A stretch of 63,986 bases of DNA, filler included, from Circinaria calcarea (Eukaryota): NCBI GenBank assembly GCA_051942165.1. It is 6 parts of 6 records of this genome, joined end to end, with 100 filler letters (N's around TTAATTAATTAA, not from the genome) between each part and the next. Parts side by side here need not be neighbours in the genome. Positions count along the whole stretch, not along the records: positions 42,958 to 53,585 come from JAVECS010000783.1; positions 53,686 to 63,986 come from JAVECS010000825.1; 4 more parts are not named here. One strand, given 5' to 3'. A program made the translations under genes and the position numbers. The notes beneath the pieces are model-generated. The model was not told the origin of the DNA. It saw only the letters and a program-made list of their open reading frames with translations, and did not search any database. This document shows, one piece after another, positions 50,964 to 63,547 of this stretch. Positions within the stretch are counted from its first letter, which is position 1. The number at the start of each line of letters is the position of its first letter.

Positions 50964-51456
50964 TGTACCTCGATCTACGCCATCAATTGGTCGGGGACAA
51001 CAATTCAGAAGATAAAAGGGTGATGAAGTCGTTCGAAGGACAGCTTTCCACTACTGCTGACCGGCTTCCAAGCGGGAGATCGGAAGCCGATTCGCCGGTA
51101 TACAGCCCTGCGCCGAGAGGCTCCTCCGATTTCTCGGCCTAACCTCCTCACCCACCACATCACCGTCCTCTATCGATTCGGCGGGAATGGCTGCAACCGA
51201 GCAATGTGGTACAGTAGATCTATCCGCCTGTACTATATCTCATCTTCGCAAGCTTGCTTCGTTCCAAAACACAAGGTAGTCATCGTCCAAGGCTCTTTCC
51301 TTTTCTTGTGTAAAAAGCCCATGATCTGTACCTAGTCAACAAGCACTAAACGTATTCAAAGGGTCCACAAGCTTCTCAGTCATCTCGCTACCTCTCAATC
51401 CTTATTGCTTAGCATTCAGTAACGGCACAGTCCTCCCCTATTGAACGAGCAACTAC

Positions 51457-52821
51457 ATGCCAATCCCTACTGAGGTGGTGGGCTCTCTGCCTCGTCCAAC
51501 ATGTACAGTCTCCGTCCCACTTCCAAACCTGCTCCTCATATAACTATAGTCTCTTTACTCGCCCATCTACTAGGGACGATATTAGTCTAAACGTGAAGAT
51601 CAGATCTCCATAAAGCCTATGCGGAGTATGATGCCGGAGCCATCACCCTGGACGACTTAGTTAAAGCCCAAGACAAAGCAGTCGGACTCAATCGTCAACA
51701 TGAGTAAGACGGGCTAAGCCCTTGTAACGGACGGCGAGCAGCGTGCTAGCTCCTTTGCGACTTATCCTATTACTGATACCCTCGGTGGCACGGGCCTGGC
51801 ATCCAACCTTGTAGCCGATGGGTGGTATTTAGCCATTTTCGACAACGGCCACCACCGGCAGTTGCCCCGTCTTGTCAGCAGTCCCTTTAGGTACAAGACA
51901 TACTAGTACGAGAATCTTAGGAGTATGGCCTTTGCACATGGGAGGCCGATGAAGCAAGCCGTTATCGTGCCAAGTATGCTCTATCTTTTATATCCGCTCA
52001 ACGGAAACGTGGAAGGATATCCAAAGCACGAATTTGTCAAGGATTTAGTGAATGAGGTATGCCTCTCGGAAGAACATCGAATGCTGCGAAACACCTTGCT
52101 AAGATATGGGTAGTGCGAGAAAGACATTAGAGGTTGTTTCGAAGCCGGTGCCAAACGAGTCTTGATGGATTTCACCGAAGGCCACCTTGCCTCCAAGAAA
52201 GACCCTCGCAATCCCTGGACAAGCGCCGATCGGCTCCAAAGATTCGTGTATCTCAATAATAAGCAAGCTTCTCTGTCTCCATTGGTTTTCCACACAACTA
52301 AACATCACCCTTAGAGTTCTCTATCGCTTCTCCACCTTCGAGTGCGAGAACATTGGCATCCACACCTGCCCCGGCAGCGACTGCGACAGCGTTTACTCGG
52401 GCAAGGTACCGTATTCCAACCTCCTCCCCTCCCTCTTCGCTATGAATGCTGGTTACTTCCTCATCCAACTCGACTCCGAAGCCGACAAGCCCTCTATCTA
52501 CCAGCAAATCGCATCTTCACTCCGCTCCGATGCTAACGCTTCGATGCTAACGGCGTCTCGCAAAAAGCCTTCATCGGCCTCATAGACCCTTTGGACCCAA
52601 GAGTGGAAAGCCCGGAAGAAATGTGTGAGCGCCTGGTGGAGGCGGCGGGGACTATTGGGAAGGAGAAGATTGGGGCGACGGATGATTGCGGGTGTAGTCC
52701 GTTTAGTATCGACGTGAAGCCGAAACATGGAGCCGTGGACTTTGCGAGGGAAGTGGCATTTCAGAAGATCAAGGCTCGAGTCAAGGGCGTGAAGATGGCG
52801 AGCGAAAAGTTAGGGATATAG
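51457..52821 (+). pseudogene. Cobalamin-independent methionine synthase-like (single MetE C-terminal barrel) pseudogene
   Basis: MPIPTEVVGSLPRP, VTDGEQR, GIHTCPG and GATDDCGCSPF. Frameshift near 51684, TAA at 51715, TAG at 51904, and a 14-nt duplication at 52528-52552. Confidence 0.88.
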
Positions 52822-53585
52822 GGATTGATTCCGGTAAAGTTGAAGGGTGTGGTGGTACTATGTATCCCGGCCACCATATGATAACTACCTTTATACAGAG
52901 ATCGGAGCATTTCATCCCTCTCCATAGCTTCAAGGACGCGAGACATGACATACCTCAATGATAATTTTCCAAGTCTCACCCAGTCTCACTCATAACCCAA
53001 TGCTCTATCTCCGAGTTGAAAGCACTTCCTATCCACTCAGACCGCTCCCACCTCCGTTTCCCAGCCTCTGATCGCTCAACTCCCCAACCTACACTTCTCT
53101 ACCCACGTGACTTATCAACCCCAAACCAGCCGCGTCGGACTCAGTCGGGTATTTGCCATTTCCGAATCGCGGAAGCCACACATGAACTTTTTTCTTGACG
53201 TTCAGTTCGGTTTGGATGTGGTAATCTTACATGTCGGTTTTGTGAATCACGGGTGCTTGCCTCGATAATAGGGCATAGAAACCCCCCCACCGGCCCCGGG
53301 GCGGGGCACGAGATGTTCGAATCTGGGAGGGAGTTTTTTTGCAATTTTGCAGCCGGTATAGGTAGGTAGGTGATGGGAGATCTAGTAGGAAACAAAAAGC
53401 TTCTCGCCGTTCAACTGTCACTAGTCACTTGTATTTCGCAGCGTACACGCAAGCGGAATGGAAGGAAAATTAAGTGCAGGACATGGCGTGAGATGTGTCG
53501 TATTCTGTTTGCACTTGCGCTCTGTCCATCTCTCCTCTCCTCTCCTCTCCTCCTCCCAAACCTCCCCTTCCCTCCCCCTCCTTAC

Positions 53586-53685
53586 NNNNNNNNNNNNNNN
53601 NNNNNNNNNNNNNNNNNNNNNNNNNNNNNTTAATTAATTAANNNNNNNNNNNNNNNNNNNNNNNNNNNNNNNNNNNNNNNNNNNN
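53586..53685. other. Artificial contig linker
   Basis: Same 100-bp spacer. Confidence 0.99.
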
Positions 53686-54202
53686 AGATGCAAAAGACAA
53701 GGTTCTCATCCGGTTTCTTTCAGAGATACCGGTTGTGAACGACGCAATACTGGAGAGGGTAAAAGGATTAGCCAAGGATCCGGAGAGGGTGGGCTTGGCC
53801 GTGAATGCGATTCAGTGAGGCACTCTCCCATCATCCCAGGTTTAACCTGACCACCGACTAACGAGGACATCATCCTTAGCTATCTCATCCTCCTCAAGCC
53901 ACCAGCTCGAGACATTTGCATTGATGCGTTGGAAGATCTCTGGAGAAATTGTGGGAACCCAGCTTCACATTATTGCATGAACAAAACGCTAACAAGTAGA
54001 TATAGATGACGACGCGAAAGCACCAACCACCAAGCTCCTCACCAAATGGCGGCCCCACATCCTTGAAGATAAGAGCGCTGTCAATGGCGTGCAGCAGGAC
54101 ACGAAAGAACAGTCATCCACACCTATACCGTTGTCTACGTCCACACCCGCTCCTGGAATGAGGGCTGTGGCTTCGCCTCCTTCTGTTGCTGCGACGGGAT
54201 AA
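53686..54202 (+). CDS. PTA1: 3' end of Pta1/symplekin-like cleavage-polyadenylation factor; two introns; 5'-truncated
   Basis: DAKDKVLIRFLSEIP...LAKDPERVGLAVNAIH|YLILLKPPARDICIDALEDLWRN|...KLLTKWRP. Confidence 0.72.
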
Positions 54203-56627
54203 TATTCTTCTCCCTCCTGAAGCGCAAGTCTGCCGCTCAAAATGCTGGTGTTACTATTAAGCGCTTCCATCCGAAGACAGGGTTGGTCAAAAGCATCACT
54301 GGACCTCACGAGCCGCCATTCATTGCATAATCTCTCCTCTGGAGGACGTAAATTGTATAATCACAGAATGCCCTAGACGGAGGTGTACGGGATATTCTGG
54401 CATAGCAAGGCATCTACTAGCTACACGGAGAAACAGTTCAGGCCATACAGTAATCACTGGGATGTTTTGTATTTGCCACATGGCAACTACGATGTAGGAT
54501 ATTGAACGATCCTCGAACTTTCCCTTAGATGGATGCATGCTTCATAGGCTCTACCAAGGACGGAAGAGCTTCGGACCTAGGGCGTGCGTACAGTCACAAT
54601 CATCATTTCAACCGGGGGAATTTTTGGTTCTTCGAGCCGCCATCTTTCTCGTGGGAAAAGCTGCAGTGTTACGTAGGATAATGCAAAAGGTTCGAGACTG
54701 GAAATAAGGGATAGGTGGGATGGGAATGGGATAAATAGTGTTGGGCGCAAGCTGGCTCTCGATGGTAAGAAAAAGGGAGACGGGAGACGGGAGACGGGGG
54801 TCCGGGGGAACCGATATGTAGGATAGGATAAGATAAATCGACAATTTCAAATTCGCGGTGCTTCCGTGTACATGATATGACATGTCACATTACGTGAGTG
54901 CCTTTTAACGAAGACGGAGAGAAAAACCCGTGGTGAATCTGTTTGTCTGCAGATGGTGAATCAATATAACCCACCAACTTTGATCCGGTTTTAATTACTT
55001 TACATCAACACATACAATTCACATGTCCATTTATTTTGTCGTCTCCTGGAGGAAGAGGAAGTGGAAGCCATCATCATTTCTCCTCTCCGAAGATCTTTTC
55101 TTTGGTTAGTTCCCATGGGGCCGAAACCCCTTTCGAGAATTCTGTTTGGGGGGCAAATAAGGGCTACGTTCCATCATGAAATTGTCTGAAGCTGTTTGAA
55201 CGCACCCCAGGGATACAACAACTAGCTGTGCTTTTTGCGCCAGAGCACGCATGGGGGCCGTTTAGGGAGGACTATTGACGGGGAAGAAAAGGAGGGTTTG
55301 GTCGGGGTCCAGCAGAAAGTAGGCGAGGTCACGAAAAGGGGGAGCAATCTGGCTTATTTCTGGAATACCGCATAAGTACTACAGGACCAAAACCAAATAA
55401 TCAGAGCAGAAAGTAGCCATATATATGAGAAAGGGGATCGATTATCCATAATTCGAGTGTGAATATCATGGACAGGCACTACTAGTTTCCCTTCAGAGGA
55501 TGTACAGGTCCCAGGAGAGCGTAAACGAGAAAGGGAAGACACTACCATTCATTCCCTGAAGGGTGCAGCTATCTGCGTAGCACTGGGTTTCCCTACTCAC
55601 GCCTTGAGCGTACTTTTCAATTTCACTCTATTTCCACGCAGCCGGAAGACTGCGTACCAGCATCCTTTGACCTCCTGCATTCATACCTGAAGCGCACCAT
55701 TTACTTCCACTTCTATCCGTCGCAACTCCCATTTTGTATAGGAGACTGGCCCTACCAAGGCCGTTCCATAGCCACCTCCCTTTAACGAAGCAAACCCGCA
55801 AGGGCTCACATCCACAAACGCACAATCAACTGTTAATTTGCATTTTCGGTTGCTCTCATCCGCCATCCAGTTGCAGTAACGTAAGGTGTGCTTCCTCACT
55901 CGTTGAGCACGCAAAGTAAGTCGTATCCTTGCTTCGCAACCTTCCATCGAGTTCGTTGCTCAAGGTCACAGGCACCCTGCAGGCGAACTCAAGCTTCGCA
56001 CAAAGTCGGCTTGAGTGACTATAGACCATTGAAAAGGAGTATTCTTGCACGCTTCCGTCACCTTCTGTCGTAATATACGGAATAGTTCGTAATCTTCGGC
56101 CGCCTCGCTAAGCAACACTCTTTCCTTCTGCTAAAGTCTGCAATCACCATAGCCCAATTCTTCGACGGCACGTTGCAACTCGAGGCATACTGACGTAAGT
56201 AACTTCCTGTGGAAAAGCACCTTTTCTGCTGCACCTTCTGTACCTCTGCTTCGCAGTCTTCACAAATTTGCTGACAACCCTTTCTACTCCAATCCACAGT
56301 ACCTGAACCACATTCGCAGCTCGTCCATGTTAAAGTGAGTGAATAGGGTCATCGGTACCTTTCTGATCGAGACCTATGCCTTTTGTATCCTCGATTCTCT
56401 AGTGTTTGCTTCTGTTGCAGAACGCAGTGAACGTCTCCTTTTTGCTGTAGCTGCGAAACGGAAGACCAATCCGCGGATAAGCTACCCATCTTTGATATGT
56501 ATTCTTACTCCTCTTAGTCGAGCTCTGGATCGAGCTACCCATCACCAGCAGTGATCGGTGATACATCTACCAGCATTTGCGTATAACCTCCCCAATCCTA
56601 CTAATTCCATCTCTCACTAGGTCGAAA

Positions 56628-57332
56628 ATGTCGGACATACCTATTGACCCAGCGATCTTGGGGATCTTCGGCCCAGACCCCGTGCCCTACCCACCCTACC
56701 ATACGGACCGATGCGTCAATCCTTATGCACACAATAGCGACAGCGGGGCAGACTTTCACCACTCGCATGATGACTCTCCTGGAATCTCTGGCGACAACAT
56801 CTCCGGTACGAAGATCAGCGCTGGCGCAAGGGGCTCGGACGAACACGGTAGAGTAGGGTATGGCGTGGACGGGCTCTCCGGGCGGACGGAGAACCTTGTT
56901 AGCCTGGAGGGTGATGCCAACGCATCGGAGGTGCCCGCCATGACTTTCGACCAACAGGTACTTGCACTTCTGCTTGCGACTCACCCTAGCATCTTGCCGA
57001 GCTACAAAAACATGGCCGAAGTATCGAAGGCGACGGGCGGAGACATTACCGGCGAGAAGCTTGAAGGGTACTTTCTTCAAGTCCGTCGCGAAGCTGAGAT
57101 TATGCGTGGACGGACGCCAAGATATGCAGCAAAGTTGGAACCTGTGAAGAGGACAAGGAGAAAGCGTAAGGCTACCAGTGACCATGCAGAAGATTCGGAG
57201 GCTATGGAGCCTCCCAAGAAGGAGAGTAGAAGCAAAATCATCAGAGACGACGAGACGACTGCGATTGAGAATTCTGAATATACCGAGGAAGGAAACACCA
57301 GCCCCAAAGCCAATAAACTAACTCGAATGTGA
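56628..57332 (+). CDS. Hypothetical protein with a short helical (possibly Myb-like) domain and basic NLS-like stretch
   Basis: Open frame of 234 aa containing DIPIDPAILG, a helical segment LALLLATH...SYKNMAEV...ITGEKLEGYFLQVRREA, and KRTRRKRK. Confidence 0.6.
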   Translation: MSDIPIDPAILGIFGPDPVPYPPYHTDRCVNPYAHNSDSGADFHHSHDDSPGISGDNISGTKISAGARGSDEHGRVGYGVDGLSGRTENLVSLEGDANASEVPAMTFDQQVLALLLATHPSILPSYKNMAEVSKATGGDITGEKLEGYFLQVRREAEIMRGRTPRYAAKLEPVKRTRRKRKATSDHAEDSEAMEPPKKESRSKIIRDDETTAIENSEYTEEGNTSPKANKLTRM

Positions 57333-57575
57333 AAGCCAGAGTTGATCAGGTCAATGAAGGTGGGGGCTCCTTCCCTCCTAGTTCCTTAGTAAGTCCTCAG
57401 ATTGATCGTATGAGACTGTACTGACAGCAATTGAATCAGGATATGGATAGCCCAAGGTTGATGTTCTGCGATGAAAGAAGGTTGCGTGGTAATGTGTCAC
57501 GATGGTGCTGCTTGCTGCGGCGACGCTGAATTTTCTTTTTCTTGGTAATAGTCGTGAATGAGAATTGAAATGTCC

Positions 57576-58850
57576 TCAACAACTGGAACCAAGCTCGCTC
57601 AGCTTCTGCTCAAGTGCCATGTGTGTCCCGCTTAACTCGTTCACAGCCAAAGATGCTAGCTCATCACTTTCGGAGTGATTCCATGTGCTGATGGTGGTGG
57701 TAAATGCCTCACACCATGGCTTCAGTACTTCAACTAGCCTATTATGCTTCGTCCTCGAGTCTCCTGTCTTGGGCTTGCTTGGCGCATCTTTATGTACGTT
57801 CATCAATGTCCAAGAGTCTTCATTTTCAAGATTGGTAGGTACTTCATCCTTCGTGCCAGGTTTCTGGATGTCTTCATCTGGTACTGTGCCGGAGAGGTCT
57901 GGTTGCAAGAAATGGTCCAGCACGAAATTTGCGACTTTCAGTCTTAACCGATCTTTGGCATCTTCTCCTACATGCTCGGTATCAAAGATTTTCAGAAGTA
58001 TATCCATTCCATCTGCGTGCATGAATCTCTCCAACTGCTTGTGGTCCTGGCACAATGCAGATAACAGATACACAAAACGGGCAAGTAGCTGGGGAAGTTG
58101 CTCATGTAACAAGGCCACGATAACAGCTTCCATAGGTCCGGTCGGCAGCTCATCTTTATAGCAGTGTTCCAAGGCTGCTGTCAGTGCTGCTGGATTATTT
58201 TGAATGGCAGTGCCAAAGACAAGGGCCGCTCCAGCCTTGATCCGAGTGTCGGAGCCGTTCAGACGGAGGAATTCGATCAGCCTGTGAACACTGCCAGCAT
58301 CCTTTGCCAATGAAAGTCCCCAGTAAATGTCGTGAGAAAGGTCTTCAAGAATCTCTAAAGCCGGGAGGAGCATGTCTAGATCTGAGGTGGCAGAAGATTT
58401 CTTTAGTGTCGCCTGACTGGAAGCAAAGCTAGCACCTTCTCCAGAGTCATACGGAGGAGGACATATCGGGCCCCGATCACCAGCCTGGAGTACTACCTGG
58501 TCACGAAACTGCAGAGGAACTTCCTCGGAGCCGGCAATATCTTCAGGCTCCATTACCGCAGCTGCTAGATCCATAGCCGTTGCATCGTCATCATTTGACG
58601 CATCATTCAGCTTCGCCTCTCTCTTTCCGGTCTCGAGGTTCACACGGATATGCAGGCCTGCTGGGAGGTCTTGATCATCATGGATCCTCTGAAAATTAAT
58701 TGTCGGTTGAAAAGTTCGAGGATAGCATTCTGATGCATGGTTGGTATGACAAATGAGATCTACTGTTGCCCGAGGAGACGGGACAGAAGCTCGAACACCC
58801 AGGAGCAAAAGAAGGGCGATTGAGAAGAAGGGGGCGATTTTGACAAACAT
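57576..58850 (-). CDS. SIL1: ER nucleotide-exchange factor for BiP
   Basis: Signal peptide, then LICHTNHASECYPRTFQPT, LPAGLHIRVNLETGKREAKLN, LEDLSHDIYWG and AIQNNPAAL. Confidence 0.9.
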   Translation of the reverse strand: MFVKIAPFFSIALLLLLGVRASVPSPRATVDLICHTNHASECYPRTFQPTINFQRIHDDQDLPAGLHIRVNLETGKREAKLNDASNDDDATAMDLAAAVMEPEDIAGSEEVPLQFRDQVVLQAGDRGPICPPPYDSGEGASFASSQATLKKSSATSDLDMLLPALEILEDLSHDIYWGLSLAKDAGSVHRLIEFLRLNGSDTRIKAGAALVFGTAIQNNPAALTAALEHCYKDELPTGPMEAVIVALLHEQLPQLLARFVYLLSALCQDHKQLERFMHADGMDILLKIFDTEHVGEDAKDRLRLKVANFVLDHFLQPDLSGTVPDEDIQKPGTKDEVPTNLENEDSWTLMNVHKDAPSKPKTGDSRTKHNRLVEVLKPWCEAFTTTISTWNHSESDELASLAVNELSGTHMALEQKLSELGSSC

Positions 58851-59270
58851 TTTTTCTCTCATGTACTGGCTTCTGAGTAGAGAATTAGGAAAACTTTCAT
58901 CAACCTGAGCTTTCATAGGAAAAGAACACGCTCATAGGTATCTATGTATGCCAGGCTCCAGGACAGGATGACTCAAAGAAATATGCTTGGAACAGCTGCC
59001 TACGAGGAGAACGGTGGAAAGATGAAGGTGTCAACTTCTGGCCGGACACTCACAGGTTCCTCCGGCCCGATGATCTTCCATAGAAAGATCTGGTAGACTG
59101 AAACGAGGATGATAGACCGCTAACGTCTGTAGGTATAGCGTTGAGTGCGAGTGGCAGGGAACCCATTGGTCTCACATCCGAGAACTGCTAGACATCATCC
59201 CTAGAGCGTCACTATCAACGGTGCGCCAACAATGGCCTTCAAGCATTGATTTCCCCTCTCCAACTTAACA

Positions 59271-60012
59271 ATGCTGCAAACGAGGCGTACTGCAGTGCGT
59301 CTTTCCCCGAGGCTCTGCTATCGCCAACAACAACGTTATGAAAGCAAGTCTAGCTACGCCAATGACACCCCTTCCGGCCATGCTGCCTCCGCCGGTCGCG
59401 CAGAGCCGACCCACCATGCTCCTCACCCCGAACCCGTCAACGAATCCTTAGGTGTATGAATGTCACCCTGAGCATATACTACCCTGTAGTACCGGGAACA
59501 ATTGACTAAACATGATTGCAGCGCGGATTCTACATCACCCTAGCCGCCATCCCCCTCTCCTTCGCCTTCTACAAGTTCTCCCGCTCGACAGAGGCTACGA
59601 CTGGAGATTCCGCCCTCTTCACTCGCCTGATCAGGAAGTACACCTCGTATAAGCTGACATGGACCGAACGAAATACCTTGCACACGGATATGATTGAGCA
59701 GGCGGCGCATGATAGAAATCTCTTTCAGAGCTCACCAGGAAGCAAAATGATTGATTTAAAGTTTCCAGAGTATGCTCTGCAGAAAATTATAATTTGGCAT
59801 CAAGGGGTCGGCATGCTAATCTCGTGGGCCGTAGAATCTTCAATACCGGTTCCCCTTACAACGTTCAAGCCGGCCAGAGCGCAAACCTAGATGCCCTGAT
59901 AGCGCACTACGAGAAGCAGAATGCCGAGAGGCAAGCACAGCAGATGAAGAAGCTAGAAGGAGGCAACAAAGAGCCAGATCCCGATGAGATTGTTCGGAGG
60001 GCAACCTACTGA
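59271..60012 (+). CDS. Mitochondrial NADH:ubiquinone oxidoreductase 17.8-kDa subunit; two introns
   Basis: Arg-rich targeting peptide, VNESLG|RGFY, WTERNTLHTDMIEQAAHDRNLF and DLKFPE|IFNTGSPYNVQAG. Confidence 0.85.
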
Positions 60013-60619
60013 TGGCGCTCAAATTGGCTTCATACACGGCGCTCTCATGGATATCTGTAAATACGAAACGGTAGATAGGTACAAATCTCTCTCCAAGAGA
60101 ACCGAGCACCTCTTTATGACATACGCTGCCACAACTTAAAATACCTCATGATACAACTGGTGATCTCTGTCCCGCAACTGAACTCTCCATCCTCCCTCCT
60201 CAAACAGCCAGTCCCCAGTTTACATAATTCACACCCACCGACCCCGTAGCACTTGCTCTCCCCTCTCCGGCCAGCTCCCGAATCCATTACCGACACCGGG
60301 GTATCCCAACCATCATCATTCAATGTCAATGACTAACATACCCTGAAAGGAAAATCAACCGAGAAGGAATATAGTAGAACCCGAAGCCGCTTGTCTTGAG
60401 TCGATCTCGCATCTAGCTTCTAGTTATGTAGGTAGGAGTCCTTCGGGGTTTTCTGTTATCAGCGAAGTTGATTGAGTAGTCGAGTGCAGAAGCAATCCAG
60501 GTGATGTCGCATTAATTATTTATCACAATAATAATCCATCGGCTTCCCCGCTCGGAGAATAATTGGGACGGCTACGCCCTATCATATTGCGGCTCGACGC
60601 ACGGAACGGATTGTTATGG

Positions 60620-61725
60620 TGTCAGGGCTATACTAAGGAAAGACTAGCTTCGGAACGGAGGAACCCATGTACCGGTTGCTCAATATGCTCATGGAGGTGA
60701 GCGAGGTGAGCAACGTAGTGTATAAGCAGGTTATTCCCGCTCTTTAGAATAGCATGCTTATAGACACCAAATAACTGGAATAATAGTCGACACCCATTAC
60801 GTTCTAGGTAATCGTGCACCACGGAGTGACTTTATCCCTTATACAAGTCTAGCCTATCCTAACACCCTTATACTATAATATATTTAATATTCTGTTTAAA
60901 TATGTAAATATTACCCGTTTTTCAGAAGATTTATTCCGTCAAGCGCAGTATCGACCGGAATCCTTTGTATTAGTTTTTATAAAATCCAGCCTTGCGACGA
61001 TTCGACAGCGGCGCTGCCCCAGCTATAGATATACGGTATTATTTTCGGGTTAAAATAGCTGAGAGCAGCGTAACGAGATTGATAATAACTACTTCACTTT
61101 CCACGCGATCCTTCTTCTTCATGCCACTAAAATCGGGATTGGTGAGCCGTATTACAAATTCAGTTATATCGTCAGGAATCGCGACTTATCCGGGCTGCTG
61201 CCATGGCGTGTCACCGGCCTCTATTTTAAATGTGGTGGGTGAGGGTGATAGAAGCCGATACATTCACACATAAGCTAAATTTAACTGATATACTAAGAGA
61301 TAGACGAATATACAACCAATCATGATAGAGATCTCATTATCCCGCTGAATAATTTAAGCCCTCCGCAGTTAGCAGTAGATTTTGATAAAGGATCTAGACC
61401 CAAACTTATCATCAGGATAGTCGATTTAGTTCGACATTTTCAGATCTGGAAAACAACTAAAGCCACCGGGTTCTGGCACCGGTGTTGTTTTACCTTTCGA
61501 AACGGAATATTCACCTGCACCAACCGTAGAGGAACAGATTCTCACACCAGAGGATGAGGGCGTATTTGAGTCGGCAGACGACCGTGGAAATGCCCCAAGA
61601 TTCGTAGACAAGCACTGGGAAGTGGAAGCGAATCGAAGCGCCGAGATAGCGAAAAAGAAGTTCGTGGGGGTAGTGATAAATAATCCGGATTCCGGAAAGA
61701 AGCATCACACCCCCGCCGCCTGAGG
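60620..61725 (+). pseudogene. Degenerate (RIP-like) coding relic of unknown identity
   Basis: TpA-rich tract with protein-like + frames broken by TAG/TAA (VYKQVIPAL*NSMLIDTK*LE**; RNPLY*FL*NPALRRFD). A cleaner ~95-codon tail ends near 61723. Boundaries are approximate. Confidence 0.45.
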
Positions 61726-62451
61726 AGGACAATGAGTTGATGGGAGGACAGGAGGCTGCGGAGTTGCAGGTGCCGGACAGCCAACTACTGTCTCAGAAAG
61801 TTCATACTGCTCTGCTTCGCTGCAGCGTATTTTTAAAAAATCGCGCGGAGGTCTTTGGGAGGATGTGTTGCCTTGTACATGACGTTCCTCCTCGCTACAG
61901 AAGGAAATTGAAATTAGTTAGATATGCTTTTGAGGCCCTTCTTCGTCGAAGAATCCCGTTGTTCCAGTTTGCCAGTAACTAGAAACCCAGCAATCACCCT
62001 ATTCTCCCAATTACCAACAGATTAGCAGTGTCTCTCTAAGGTATTGGGGGCCCAGAAGATTAACCGCCCTGTCATAGGAAGCTGTGGTCAATCCTGATGG
62101 AACATGCGGAATCAGTTCTCTTTTTTTCGGTGGCGATGATAGCCTGATTCATCCCCTTCCTAACAATGCCCACTCCTTATCTTCCTGATCCGTAAAGCCG
62201 TTTACTATATTATGTTGCCGCTGGGTAGCATTGAGCGAGGAGGCTCCGCAGGCGGGTCGGGAGGATTCGCTAGAGTCAGCCTTGTGATGGATATGGGAGG
62301 ACCTGGCATGCTCCTCGATCCGGAGCAACTAGATACGAGGCTACACTCCAGTAATCCCGTGTAAACAAAACAAGGAAGATGGTTGGAGCGCTGTCTCCGG
62401 CGGCCAGTCCACCGTATGGAAGCCGAACCAGTCTACTCGGTAATTTTTAAC

Positions 62452-63547
62452 ATGTACCACAGGGGCCGCGGTCCGTATACCGGCGCAGGCAAGAAGGTCC
62501 CGCTCAAAGGTCTCTTCGCCGATGGGATATGGCAGTGCAATTGCGATCCCCGTCTTCCTGCAGACCGTTTTAGGACCAATAACGGAGGGGTCAACCATGG
62601 AAGATGGTGTAAGCATCTCCCCGCAAGTTCTCATTAGTATACGAGGCTAAGAAGGAATAGTCTATACATGTCAAAAACCGCAAACAAAACGCTGCAACTT
62701 CTTCCTCTGGGATGAGCAGGCGAAGCCCCGGGAAGCTTCCGCAGTAATGAACAACACTCGGACCGAGCCTCAAACTCCCCAGAAGCCTTTCATCCCTACT
62801 GCGCCCCGTACACCCCCGAGTGGACCCCGCAACGACAATCCGTACCCTCTAACCCCATACACGCCCTGCCGATCCTCTGGCAATCCCAAAATTTCCACGA
62901 TTCCCCCTTCCTCCGGCAAAACTACCCAGAGTCCCGTAGACACATATGACTGGCCCGACAGCGATGACGATGAATTCTCCAAAGTCGCCGAAAAAGCCCT
63001 GATGCCCCCACCGGAACCCCCTCGAAAAGCCATCAAGACCGACGTCCTCTCTACCCCCGGGAAATGGTGCTATGACGAAATGGCCCTCCCTACCCCCTTT
63101 GACTCTGACGACGTCTTTTCCACCCCCTCCACCGGTCCCAGACACAAGAATCTCTTCCCAACGGGCCTTATGTCCCCGGAGACACCCACACACCCACGTT
63201 ACAAATCCATCCCGACCGAAGACTCGGAACTCGGAACCGAGATCCTCGATAACCTCCGCGATTTGCATATCCCGTTGACGGAAGAGTCGATTGCGGTCGT
63301 CCGGGGGATTTGTGGCAAGTTTACGTTGAAGACGCAGGGGATTGCAAAGGGGAGGGATATTTCTCGGATGGCGATCAAGAGTAAAGAGGCCAAGATCTTG
63401 GAGTTGCAGGGGAAGATTACGGTGCTGGAGGCGGAGAGGGAAACGAATAGGGCGGTGATTAGGCATTTGAGGAAGGGGGGATGTGGAGGTGGCGGCGAAG
63501 ATGAAGGCATGACTATATCCGAGGGAAACTATATGCGTGGGCAGTGA
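62452..63547 (+). CDS. GRF-type zinc-finger protein with Pro-rich linker and C-terminal coiled coil; intron 62609-62660
   Basis: GLFADGIWQCNCDPRLPA...NHGRW|FYTCQK...CNFFLWD and GIAKGRDISRMAIKSKEAKILELQ. Confidence 0.88.

Noticed and set aside
57576..57600. SIL1 lacks a C-terminal HDEL-type ER retention signal
   Set aside because: I cannot establish that filamentous-fungal orthologues normally have one, so it may be ordinary.
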